DNA of 64,000 nt from the UHGV virus genome UHGV-1364187. One strand, 5' to 3'. Positions 18,047-28,500 of this stretch are shown here, piece after piece. How positions within the stretch are numbered: position 1 is the first letter of the stretch; each line of letters begins with the position of its first letter. The notes under the pieces were generated by a model. The model was not told the origin of the DNA and made no database searches. It saw only the letters and a program-made list of their open reading frames with translations. A program made the translations under genes and the position numbers. This DNA is from a virus.

Positions 18047-19627
18047 TTAAGATGTAACTGTATCTAATCTATATACTGAACTTTTAGATACACATATTAC
18101 TCTGTTAAGACTATCTACATACATATCTAATACTACATCAGATATACTTGTTTCTACTTTTTTATTGTATTTTATATCTAAAGATATAATTTTATCATTT
18201 CCTTCTAATATATGAATATTGTATTTAGATATAGAAACAATTTTTCTTATAGAAGAAGAGCCAGTGTATATAGTCTCTTCTATACCAAGTAATGGATTAA
18301 GTCTATATATTTTATTATCAGCACCCATTAATATATATTTACCAGTGCAATCAAAACAATTTATACTCGTTATACCACTATATGTGATAGTTCTTGTTTG
18401 ATGCATTGTTGATAGTTTATTTCCTTCATATATAAACACTTGAGCACCACTTGAATACATTTTAGCATTAGATGTATATAATGGTTCAACACTACTACAT
18501 CCTTCAGAAAAGTATCTATTTGTATCTTTATAATCTAATACAGAATTGTTAATTATGTCACTAAGTGCAAATAAGTTGAAGTTATTTGATGAATTAGATT
18601 TTAGTAAAATATATTGTGTATCTGTGTGGTAACTAGGTGAAGAACCACTAATAAATTCTGGTATAGTCTTATCTGAAAATACAACGTCTTGTATCGATGT
18701 AACATTTGGAATACTAACAGTTGTTACATTCTTAGATGAATCTATAAATTGTATAGAATTAGAATTAATCAATAATATATACGGTTTTTTATCTACATCA
18801 TACGTTTTATAGAATATTCCTACTGGAGAAGATGATGCAACTTTAGATACAGTATTATCTATATTACCATTGATATCATAATAATATACATTACTACTTG
18901 ATGATATATAGAAATTAGCATCTTCATTACTTGTAACCTTACTATTTTCTTCTGGTAGATCTATAAGCTTAGTAAGTTTATATTTATCATGAATATCTGT
19001 ATCAAATGTATTAAGTTTAGCTATATTCACACATATATTATATATAGTAGATCCTTTAGGTGTACTTACACCTTTACTAGTAAGTGCTTCACATAACATA
19101 TCTAAATGATCTCTATATTGTTGCTGTAATTGTTTAAGTAATTCATTTAAATCGTATGCTTGTTTGCAAGATGAAATCTTAACACCAATATCAGATTTTG
19201 TTAATATATTACTCTTAACTATATTATCAAATTCTGTTTTAGTATAAGCATTTATAGAATCAAACTTGATATTTAATAATTCATTCTCTATCCATTCGTT
19301 ATCTGGTATATTGTCTCCAGGATCTTGTTTAAGATTCAATAATAACATTAATACATTTACCATTGAATCTATAGTAGGTTTATCATAAGTCTCAAAATAT
19401 TGTATATTATCTACAATATATTTTGCATCTTTTATATGAGAATCTATATAATCTTGATCGTAATAATCATCAGTTATACATCTCAGTGTTTTTTCTAATA
19501 CATAGTTATAGTATTCGTCTATTTCTTTCTTAGTATAACAATCTAAACTAGTTATGGGTTTTTCATTTTTCTTATCTTCTATTATTTTTATTATACGTTC
19601 GACGAAGTCGTCCTTTTGAATATCCAT
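18047..19627 (-). CDS. tail-fibre/receptor-binding-like protein (paralogue A)
   Basis: N-terminal YTKKEID-type repeat region, long Ser/Thr/Asn-rich beta region; paralogous to the 19645 gene. Confidence 0.5.
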   Translation of the reverse strand: MDIQKDDFVERIIKIIEDKKNEKPITSLDCYTKKEIDEYYNYVLEKTLRCITDDYYDQDYIDSHIKDAKYIVDNIQYFETYDKPTIDSMVNVLMLLLNLKQDPGDNIPDNEWIENELLNIKFDSINAYTKTEFDNIVKSNILTKSDIGVKISSCKQAYDLNELLKQLQQQYRDHLDMLCEALTSKGVSTPKGSTIYNICVNIAKLNTFDTDIHDKYKLTKLIDLPEENSKVTSNEDANFYISSSSNVYYYDINGNIDNTVSKVASSSPVGIFYKTYDVDKKPYILLINSNSIQFIDSSKNVTTVSIPNVTSIQDVVFSDKTIPEFISGSSPSYHTDTQYILLKSNSSNNFNLFALSDIINNSVLDYKDTNRYFSEGCSSVEPLYTSNAKMYSSGAQVFIYEGNKLSTMHQTRTITYSGITSINCFDCTGKYILMGADNKIYRLNPLLGIEETIYTGSSSIRKIVSISKYNIHILEGNDKIISLDIKYNKKVETSISDVVLDMYVDSLNRVICVSKSSVYRLDTVTS

Positions 19628-19644
19628 TTAAATCTCACCTCACT

Positions 19645-21264
19645 TTATATAGCAAATGTAACTTTATAAATCCCACTAGTAGTAATAATAACAAGTATAT
19701 TTTTAGAAGTATCAAAGTATATACTTGGATAAGATCCTATACTTCCAGTATCAAATCTCCATAATAATTTATTATTATGAGATCCATATATACTACTTGA
19801 ATATATAGTATATAGCATATCACTAACACCATCAAATGTAGCCATATTATGAAGACTTATAGCAAATGTAAAAGGGTACTTTGTCAGTTCTAATGATGTT
19901 AGATTAATCATATCATATGCACCATATATTATTTCTTTATTATATTTAAGAGCATTATTGGCAAAATCTGTTTTATAACTAGTTCCACTTTTAAGTTTAT
20001 CTATTACATTCTCTAAATTTGCAGATTGATCTTTTAAATCTAATTTATCTAATCTATCAGTATATTTAAATAGATAAGGATTAGAATTCATATATAATAA
20101 CACAGCATCAAATGATTGTTTATTATATACATGAAGTGTATTATCATTTATTTTAGTTGATGTTAATGTATTATCATATGTGTAAAGATTATATGAATAA
20201 TTCCATATAGTAGTTCCACTTTGGTTCATTCCGATACCACCAGTTTTATACCCACATAACATTTTACCATCATTCATTAATCCTATTGGTGCTAAACCTT
20301 GGTCTGTTAATGATAATGTGAGAGAACTTTTATCTACAATATGACTTGTTGTATATATATGACTAGATGAAAATACAATATGACCAGAATAATCATATTG
20401 TAATCTTGGTAAACTTATTGTAGCTTGTTGTAGTAAATTAAAGTCTGTATCATATACTAATACTGTAGTTTTTGATAATATATATAAATTTCCTGTAAAT
20501 GGATCAACTTTAGCTACAGGATATGTCAATGTAGAAATTCCACTAGAAGAAAAATCTACTACTTTCTCTATTGATTGTGGAGTTTGAGCATAGTACATTT
20601 CTTCTGACATAGGTTTATTAAATCCTAATATATCATCTCTATACACTTCCCATTTTTCACTACCACCTCTAGGAATACCAATGCCAGTGATAGCGGTGGC
20701 AGTTTTTGATTTCCCATCACTAGCAGATTGTTTTAAACTTTCTATTTTGCTATTTAATATTGTGTATTGATTAACTGATACTGGTTTATCTGTATCTGTA
20801 GTTAATCCGTCTACAATATCAGATGTTCTTAAAAATTCATTTAGTTTATTATCAACTTCTTTTTTTGTATAAAATCCAGTTACATCTGGTAATGCTCCAT
20901 TAACGGCATCCTGAATTAATTGTTTAACTTCATCTTTAGTATACACAGATCCAGCATCTAATTTACCAGCAATTAATTTTCTTAATGTAGCAAATCTCTG
21001 ATCTATCTGTTCTTTTGTATAGTTATCAAAAGATGTTATTTTATCTAACTTTTCTTGAATTAATCCTAATTTGAAATCAATGATTTCTTTTGTATAAGTT
21101 TTATCTACAGTAAGAACAATATCAAGATAATTATTGATCTCTGTAATTAATAAATCTATTTCTTCTTTTGTATAATAATCGTCTAATACTTTAGGTGGTT
21201 GAGATAGTTTTCTTAATAGTTCAACCAGTTCTTCATTTAATTCGGCTTCACTAATTCTTCCCAT
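19645..21264 (-). CDS. tail-fibre/receptor-binding-like protein (paralogue B) with Y-T-K-x-E-I/V-D heptad repeats
   Basis: DDYYTKEEIDLLITEI / DNYTKEQIDQRF / SVYTKDEVKQLI / GFYTKKEVDNKL repeats shared with the 25579 fibre; C-terminal beta-rich domain. Confidence 0.5.
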   Translation of the reverse strand: MGRISEAELNEELVELLRKLSQPPKVLDDYYTKEEIDLLITEINNYLDIVLTVDKTYTKEIIDFKLGLIQEKLDKITSFDNYTKEQIDQRFATLRKLIAGKLDAGSVYTKDEVKQLIQDAVNGALPDVTGFYTKKEVDNKLNEFLRTSDIVDGLTTDTDKPVSVNQYTILNSKIESLKQSASDGKSKTATAITGIGIPRGGSEKWEVYRDDILGFNKPMSEEMYYAQTPQSIEKVVDFSSSGISTLTYPVAKVDPFTGNLYILSKTTVLVYDTDFNLLQQATISLPRLQYDYSGHIVFSSSHIYTTSHIVDKSSLTLSLTDQGLAPIGLMNDGKMLCGYKTGGIGMNQSGTTIWNYSYNLYTYDNTLTSTKINDNTLHVYNKQSFDAVLLYMNSNPYLFKYTDRLDKLDLKDQSANLENVIDKLKSGTSYKTDFANNALKYNKEIIYGAYDMINLTSLELTKYPFTFAISLHNMATFDGVSDMLYTIYSSSIYGSHNNKLLWRFDTGSIGSYPSIYFDTSKNILVIITTSGIYKVTFAI

Positions 21265-21354
21265 AAGTATTCACACTCCTTTAATTTAGTTTATTTAGAT
21301 GTTTTCGTATAAAAAATAAAAGAGATATATATATAAAATCTCTCTTTTAAATGA

Positions 21355-22011
21355 TTATTTTTCTTTTGGTTCTATTGTTGCTGGAACAATTAATTGTTCA
21401 ATTCTATCAACTTTTTGTTGTAATTGGTTAATCTGATTGTACATAAATCTATTTTGTTCATATAAAGGTGTAATCATTGCACTGAATAACCTACCCATAT
21501 CATATACAATTTGTTGCGTATTGAAATGATATTCTGTTTCTCCTAAAGAATCATTTATATATGTTTCGTTAGTTTTATCATCAATAGATTCCATTATTTC
21601 TTTAGAATCATATATTGGATTTGGTAATTGAAAATTTGGATCGTGGTTTTGATCTGTATAACTTCCATTCATATAGATAGATGGTAACAATTCATAAGAT
21701 ATCCAATTCTTAAATTCTTTAGCACATGGCATCTTTGAAGCATAAATAAGATTGAATACATCTGGAAGTTTAATAAAGTTCGTCATTTGCTCTCTACTGA
21801 TAGAATCAGTGACGTTACGTTTCGTAACGTCATCACAATGATCATTAATAACCTTTCTAAAACTATTCTTACTATACCCTAAAATATCTAATACATCATT
21901 AGCACAGAATAATGTATCCGTTTGGTTACCATTTTCTGCTGGTATGATTCTTACACTTCCTAGATTGTTAAAGATAAATTCTTGTACTTTATTCATTTTT
22001 GATTCCTCCAT
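21355..22011 (-). CDS. Bro-N domain protein (antirepressor-like DNA-binding), paralogue 1
   Basis: Bro-N signature MNKVQEFIFNNLGSVRIIPAENGNQTDTLFCANDVLDILGYS...FIKLPDVFNLIYASKMP...EFKNWISYELLPSI; C-terminal LIVPATIEPKEK. Confidence 0.65.
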   Translation of the reverse strand: MEESKMNKVQEFIFNNLGSVRIIPAENGNQTDTLFCANDVLDILGYSKNSFRKVINDHCDDVTKRNVTDSISREQMTNFIKLPDVFNLIYASKMPCAKEFKNWISYELLPSIYMNGSYTDQNHDPNFQLPNPIYDSKEIMESIDDKTNETYINDSLGETEYHFNTQQIVYDMGRLFSAMITPLYEQNRFMYNQINQLQQKVDRIEQLIVPATIEPKEK

Positions 22012-22049
22012 TTATTTTAAATTTAATTAGAATATTTTTATTCTAATCA

Positions 22050-22077
22050 CTTATATAATATATATAATCAAAATTTT
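22050..22077 (-). promoter_or_regulatory. early-promoter-like motif (variant AATCAAAAT)
   Basis: TATATAATATATATAATCAAAATTTT with a 5'-UTR hairpin (22026-22047) before the Bro-N gene. Confidence 0.4.
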
Positions 22078-22087
22078 AAAATATTAC

Positions 22088-22693
22088 TTATTTTTCTTCT
22101 TCTATCGTTGCTGGAACAATAAGTTTACCTTGGACTATTGGATACTTAGGTAAATTTTCATAATCGTCACTACCATTATTAATCATAACAGTACAATTAT
22201 GATCTATAAGAGATTTATCTATTAAATATTCTCCTAATTGTTCTGGAGTTGCTAATATATCATCATTAAATACCATATGTTCTTGACCATTAGGTTTTAT
22301 TATCATATATACCATAGAATCATATGAATTAGTAGAAAAACCATTTAGATTACAACTATCTATATACATAGGACATACTTCAAATGTTCTATTTATAATA
22401 TTACCATTATTATATTGAACATTATCTATACAACTATATATTTCATATCTAGCATTTTCTAAATCTTCCCATTGAATATTACTATGCTCTTTTAAATATT
22501 GAATGGTATAATTTGTAACTTGTGTGTTATCTATAATATTTACTTCATCTTGAATATAAAATTCCATATATAAAGTGCTATTTTTATCGGTATGATATGA
22601 TTGAAATAGTGGATTATCACTTACAATACAAGTGCTCATTCCTACTTCATCTTTTGATACTAATACATAAAAAATTTTATTCATAATATACAT
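22088..22693 (-). CDS. hypothetical protein with C-terminal LIVPATIEEEK tag
   Basis: 201 aa. Confidence 0.45.
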   Translation of the reverse strand: MYIMNKIFYVLVSKDEVGMSTCIVSDNPLFQSYHTDKNSTLYMEFYIQDEVNIIDNTQVTNYTIQYLKEHSNIQWEDLENARYEIYSCIDNVQYNNGNIINRTFEVCPMYIDSCNLNGFSTNSYDSMVYMIIKPNGQEHMVFNDDILATPEQLGEYLIDKSLIDHNCTVMINNGSDDYENLPKYPIVQGKLIVPATIEEEK

Positions 22694-22747
22694 CTCCTTA
22701 TATAGGTAATAAAAAGAGATATCTAAATGATATCTCTTTATTTTTTA

Positions 22748-23470
22748 TTAAAATCCAATTGTCCCATTAATTTTAAACGGTCCAATATTAAATGAACCCT
22801 CTATTTTTGACTGTTTAAAAAGATCAAACATAGAATGTTTATTATTTTCAGTATTATTAGTATTAGGTTGTTCATTTGCTACATTTCTAGGAACAATAAC
22901 AGCTGGTGTGATCATTTCATTATTTCTAATCTCATAATGTGTGCCATAATATTCTTGTCCAAGTCCTTGCTCAACACCAGCAAAATTAATATTTGAACAT
23001 CCACTATCTATAACATCTCCATCTACCATTTGATTAACAACATTTTCTAATGACCCCATAGGGTTTGTTATCGGATATAGTCTACTTAAATCACATTTAC
23101 AATCATAATCACATTGAACATATAGTTCTGGTTTTGATGGATATGGATTTCCATATAGATCACATTGTTGTACTTGAACTATTCTTCCTTTATAACTACA
23201 TGGAATAATATTTGCATCATCAGTTAATACTGAACTAGTTTTATCACAAAATACAACAGTACAATTATCTGATATATCATATCCTAACATTTTAAGATTT
23301 GTCAATAGTTTTTCTGCAAATATAGAATTTCCTAATTCAATTCTGATTGAAGAAGATAATGGAAAATCTTTAATATATACTTCTTTAGCACTTTCTGGAT
23401 CAAATGTACAATCGTCAGATATGATAAATTTGCCTAGTGAATAATTTAATACATATAACATTTCTACCAT
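22748..23470 (-). CDS. hypothetical Cys-rich protein with MITPAVIVP motif
   Basis: 240 aa. Confidence 0.45.
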   Translation of the reverse strand: MVEMLYVLNYSLGKFIISDDCTFDPESAKEVYIKDFPLSSSIRIELGNSIFAEKLLTNLKMLGYDISDNCTVVFCDKTSSVLTDDANIIPCSYKGRIVQVQQCDLYGNPYPSKPELYVQCDYDCKCDLSRLYPITNPMGSLENVVNQMVDGDVIDSGCSNINFAGVEQGLGQEYYGTHYEIRNNEMITPAVIVPRNVANEQPNTNNTENNKHSMFDLFKQSKIEGSFNIGPFKINGTIGF

Positions 23471-23527
23471 AATTTTATTTATCCTCCTTAAAAAAATAGA
23501 GAGAAGTTTAACTTCTCTCTATATATT

Positions 23528-24421
23528 TTATACTCTTTTGAATAGTAATTCATCACTACTAAATCCAGCTGCGTTTTTATGTCCTCCACCCCCATATGAT
23601 TCAGCAATAGAAGCACAATCAACATTTGGATCTTGTGAGAATATACTATATGTGTATTTTTCACCATTAAAGCAATAAACCATGCAAATTGGATATTCTT
23701 TGATTTTATCTCCAAAAATCCAACTATTTGTTTTCTTATTAACAGCTAAACATTTAAGTCCTCTAATTTCAGTTTCATATCCATAGTCATTAAGATATTT
23801 AGCATTAGAAGTATCAATATACCTTTTAATAGTTTGACCATTGTTGATAATAGCTTGTAATATAATACCACGATTATCTTCTGATATTCTGTTCCATATA
23901 GGTTTACTACATTCATAACCCACAGAATCCATTCCAAGTTTGAAATAAGTTGTTTTGTCTCCATACTTAAATACCCATCTATCATAATCGTCAACGAGTC
24001 TAATGAAATATGGAACTACTTTCTCTAATTCTTGTTCATTCTCTAATATCGTAACAGGAAGTTTATTAGTGTAGATGTATGTTAATAATGCACCACATCC
24101 TAGATTTGATCTAATACCTGCTATATTTTTCAAATCTTGATATTTATCTATAAGCTCGATAGAAGATTTATGATGATCAATCCATACCACAACACATCCA
24201 CGAGCAATTAGATCTCTTAATACATGACATGTATTTTCTGTAAAGGAATAATCTACAAACCAAACTTCATCACCATCTTTTACTGTATCTAATGGTAATG
24301 GATCTGTATAATTTACTTCAAAGAAGTCTTCTTTGTTATAGTAATCACAAAACCAAGCTACAATATCTCCTGCTAAATTTCCGTCTAAATCATTGTGATA
24401 AAAGCATTTAATTTTTCTCAT
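23528..24421 (-). CDS. nrnA-like: DHH/DHHA1 phosphoesterase, NrnA-like nanoRNase/pAp phosphatase
   Basis: DHH motifs FYHNDLDGNLAG, WFVDYS, WIDHHKSS and DHHA1 GGGGHKNAAGF. Confidence 0.7.
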   Translation of the reverse strand: MRKIKCFYHNDLDGNLAGDIVAWFCDYYNKEDFFEVNYTDPLPLDTVKDGDEVWFVDYSFTENTCHVLRDLIARGCVVVWIDHHKSSIELIDKYQDLKNIAGIRSNLGCGALLTYIYTNKLPVTILENEQELEKVVPYFIRLVDDYDRWVFKYGDKTTYFKLGMDSVGYECSKPIWNRISEDNRGIILQAIINNGQTIKRYIDTSNAKYLNDYGYETEIRGLKCLAVNKKTNSWIFGDKIKEYPICMVYCFNGEKYTYSIFSQDPNVDCASIAESYGGGGHKNAAGFSSDELLFKRV

Positions 24422-24714
24422 TATAATCTCTCCATTTCTTTTTCTAATTTTGATATTTCTTTATTATTATCATGAAATCTTTTTGGTAAGTTAGCTTTGA
24501 TATAATTTTCTACTAACTTATTTTCTTTAGAATTTAGATCTTCTAAGAAATCAACATCTTGTAAGTTATATCTGTATACAGCTTTAAAATATAATCTATA
24601 TACTATTCTAGAATTGATAGTATTTAATTGACCAATTCTATTTTTTAACTTATTGGATTTACTATCATTACTTAATGTGCGTCTTGTTACATCAAATATA
24701 AACATAAATATCAC
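24421..24714 (-). CDS. hypothetical protein
   Basis: 97 aa; TAATG overlap with downstream gene. Confidence 0.4.
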   Translation of the reverse strand: MIFMFIFDVTRRTLSNDSKSNKLKNRIGQLNTINSRIVYRLYFKAVYRYNLQDVDFLEDLNSKENKLVENYIKANLPKRFHDNNKEISKLEKEMERL

Positions 24715-24740
24715 TCTTCTATTTTATTATATATTTTTTA

Positions 24741-25091
24741 TCAATCTACAAGATTAATTAAACCTATAGATGTATTGATATCTATTTTTACATTTTTAAA
24801 ATGATTATTCATTTCTGATAATATTTTATTACGAATATTTATCATATCTGAATAATCTTTTAGAATATTATAAGCTTCTGATGGTGACATTGATACATAG
24901 TCTTTAATATCTTTATCTGTATAAATTTCACCATCACATATAAGATCATTATTGAAATAGAATGAATAATATCCACAATCTATCTTCAATAATGCTTCTA
25001 ATCTTGATAAAGAATTTTGATTATATTGGTAATTAATACCTACTAGTACTTCTTTATCAGCATTCATAAACTGTTCTATTAATTTATTCAT
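24741..25091 (-). CDS. hypothetical protein
   Basis: 116 aa; AAAGGAG RBS. Confidence 0.4.
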   Translation of the reverse strand: MNKLIEQFMNADKEVLVGINYQYNQNSLSRLEALLKIDCGYYSFYFNNDLICDGEIYTDKDIKDYVSMSPSEAYNILKDYSDMINIRNKILSEMNNHFKNVKIDINTSIGLINLVD

Positions 25092-25094
25092 GTT

Positions 25095-25451
25095 TATATT
25101 GTATACTCCTTTCTTTTAATACCATTCTAATGTATAAGGTATTGTATTTGTATTAATTTTTGGTATAAAACTACAACCTTCTTCATAAAGTTCATTTAAA
25201 TACTCTTCTATTAATTGCTCATTTATTTTGTATCATTTTGGTAATTTTGCATCGATGATCAATGTTCTTTCACTAATTACATCATAATACTTATTTAATC
25301 TTTCAAACATTATAATTTCTTTTATATCTCTCCCTTTATCTTTAAATTTACAATTTACAGACTTAACTACTCTATCATATATTCTATCATTTATTTTTTG
25401 TAGAATATGAATCTGTGATAGTAAATATCCTTTCCTAGATTTTGTAAGCAT
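25095..25451 (-). CDS. small protein (72 aa) ending in TGA, followed in frame by a 45-codon open continuation (possible readthrough)
   Basis: ...IIDAKLPK-TGA-YKINEQLIEEYLNELYEEGCSFIPKINTNTIPYTLEWY-TAA; the continuation lacks any start codon and fills the gap to the next gene. Confidence 0.3.
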
Positions 25452-25477
25452 AAAATCATCTCCTTTATAATTTTATT

Positions 25478-25506
25478 CATATTTATAATATATTATTGAA
25501 AATCAT
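25478..25506 (-). promoter_or_regulatory. early-promoter-like motif copy
   Basis: TATAATATATTATTGAAAATCAT 27-55 nt upstream of ATG 25451. Confidence 0.45.
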
Positions 25507-25578
25507 TTTATATGTAAGTTCACGTCATTTTAACATGCTAATAATTAAGTAAATATATTAAAAAAGGAGTGATTAAGA

Positions 25579-28500
25579 ATGGCTATTACAAATTTTACTA
25601 ATAAAGCTAAACGTTTCTCAGTATTAGTATTACCATATGAGAAAAAAGACATGGCTGTAGCTAAAGAGTTAATTATTGATTATGATAATGGTCATATCTA
25701 TGTAGTAGATAAAACTGGTACTAGAATTATTAGTATCACAAAAGATTTACAAGATTCTATTGATAATATCATAAACAATGGTGGGAATATTATCAATGTA
25801 ACAAATCCTAGTGATAATACAACACAAATTTTAAACGACGTATTAAAGAATATATATAATTATGTCAATGCTTCAGTAGAAGGATTATGTATTAAGAAAC
25901 CAGCTAGATTATTATGTGATACTAATATAGCTGTACTTAATGGATTACCTGGAGATATTGATAATGTAACAGTTAATGATGGAGATGATATTCTCCTTAT
26001 TGCACAAGATGATAAAAGATTAAATGGTAAATGGAAAGTAAATGCTAGTGGTGATTGGAAAAGATCAGATGATCTTAATTCTCAAACAGAACTTGTTAGA
26101 AGTGCATTCTTCTTTATTGATGAAGGGGATAAATATAAAAGTACTGGATGGTTATTAACAACTGATAATCCAGTTATTGATTCTTCTGATTTAGAGTTTG
26201 AAATATTTTCTAGACAAGAAGACATTCTAGCTGGAACTGGTTTAGTAAGAACTGGTAATGAATTTTCATTAGCGGAATGTGTTATTCCTGGAACTGCAAC
26301 TAAAGTAAGATGGGACCAATATGGTAGAATTGTAGGATGGGAAAATCCTACAACATTATTTGAATATGGTATCACTGATGCTGTTCCGTTATCACATATA
26401 GGTTCTGGTGGAGATCAACATGCTATTGTCACTGTAGATGAGCATGGTTTTTCGTCTAAAGAAGATAAACAAATGCTTGACTCTCTCATGCCAACCATTG
26501 AAGATTTGGAAATAAAAACAAACGAGAAATTAAATATTAAGTCAGAAATTGAATTTATATCACAAGATCCGATAGAAATTCAATTACAAGGAGAAACAGA
26601 GATTGTAAATGACCTACTTACAGATTCTGCAACTAAAGCTTTAGCTGCTGGACAAGGTAAAGTATTATACGATTTATTAAACTATCTATTTCAAAATACT
26701 AATGAGGATGGAACTCCATATACAAAATTATGGATGGGAACATTATCTCAATATTATAATCTATTAGAAAAAGATCCCGTTACTTTATACATGTCAACCG
26801 ATTATGTAAATGAAAATACAGCACTTTCTATGGGTTCTAATGTAGAAGAGATTATTATGATGCTTCAATTAATGCAATCTTCTAAAGTAAGTAAAGAGGG
26901 AGATATTGTTAATGGAGATCTTATTGTCGGTTCTTCTGTTAAAAACCAAAATCTTAAAGTGTATGGTAATATTTATATTAACGGTGTATTATTAGATCAA
27001 GCATTTGCACCAATAGATCATGAACATGATGATATGGTTTCACAAATAGACTTTGATGCTAAATTAAAGAAAAAAGCTGATAAATATCATACTCATGTTA
27101 TACCAGATGTTGAAGGTCTTAAAGAAGCTTTGGACAGTAAAGCTGCTATAGACCATACACATAATTTAATATATTATGATAAAGAAGAATTAGATTTCTT
27201 ATTATCTACAAAAGCTCCAGTAAACCATAAACATAAAGTAGCCGATATTATAGATTTATTTACTAAAGGTGATAGTACTGGTGCTAAAATGGAATTATGG
27301 TTAAAAAATATGATTAGTGATCCATTACATAGAACTGTAACCGATGCTCAAATTGCAAGATGGGAACAAATGGTTAATGGAACTAGTACTAATACTGGAG
27401 GAATATCTAAACTTGAATTAGACTCACATAATAACGATTCTAATGCACATCCAGATATTAGAGAATCTATTAGAGAAATTTTAGACGAGTTAGGCTCTGC
27501 AAGTTTAACTTCTAATTTAAATATTAAAGAATCTATTAATGAATTATATACAAAATTACCAACAGTAACAAATTCAGCAAAATTAATGAAAGAAGCTTGT
27601 AATGTAATTATAACACAGGATAATACAACTAACGTTCCTATTGGATTTACTGGATTTGATCCAGATATTCATACATTATTAGTATTTAAAAATAGTACGT
27701 ATTATCATCCAATAGAAGATTATACAATGAATGGAACTACAAGTATTGATTTAACTAAAGAAATTGTTCCATCTGGTACTATATTTACATTTGTTGTTTT
27801 ATGGGTAGAAGGCGACGTATTAGGTGGAGGATCTGGTTCTGGTTCAATATCTCAAGATATTTATGATCTATTAGATAATAAAGCTGATCTTGATCATGAA
27901 CACAAATTAAAAGATCTTATAGATGATCCATTACATAGAACTGTAACAGATGCTATGATTGATAGATGGAATAATGGAACAACTAGTAGTGGAAATAATA
28001 ACGGAATAGATGCAGCTATGCTTATTGCTGCCCATAATGTAGATACTACATCTCATGATGATCTCAGAACTAAAGTGGATGAAATTTATAACAATATGTC
28101 CAATGTTTTATTTAAGACAAAAGTTATAGAACTTATTCCGACAAGAGATAATCAAACAGAATTTAGTGTAAATATGAATGATTTAGCTAAAGAAAAATAT
28201 GGTCATTTTGTAATGTTTAATTCTACTGCTACATCAGATTATGTATTGTCTGATTATAAATTGAAATTTAATGAACCATGTAATTTAACTGATAAAATAA
28301 AATTAGTATTATTCTGGATTGATGGTAATATTCTAGTTCAAAATTCAGCAGCTGGATCTGTTGCTTGGGATTCATTAACACAAGCTGTTAAGAATACAAT
28401 TAATAATAAGATTGATAAAACAGAAGTATATACTAAAACAGAATTAGACACTCTTATAAATTCACTAGCAAGCACTACGATAACAGATGATTTACAAAGA

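Noticed and set aside
15429-25451. Alternative genetic code (UGA=Trp, Mycoplasma/Spiroplasma-type) to explain in-frame TGA continuations
   Set aside because: Long ORFs are intact under the standard code. Trp is encoded by TGG throughout, TAA is the dominant stop, and RBSs are strongly Bacillus-like. Only two local cases exist, so programmed or leaky readthrough is more parsimonious.
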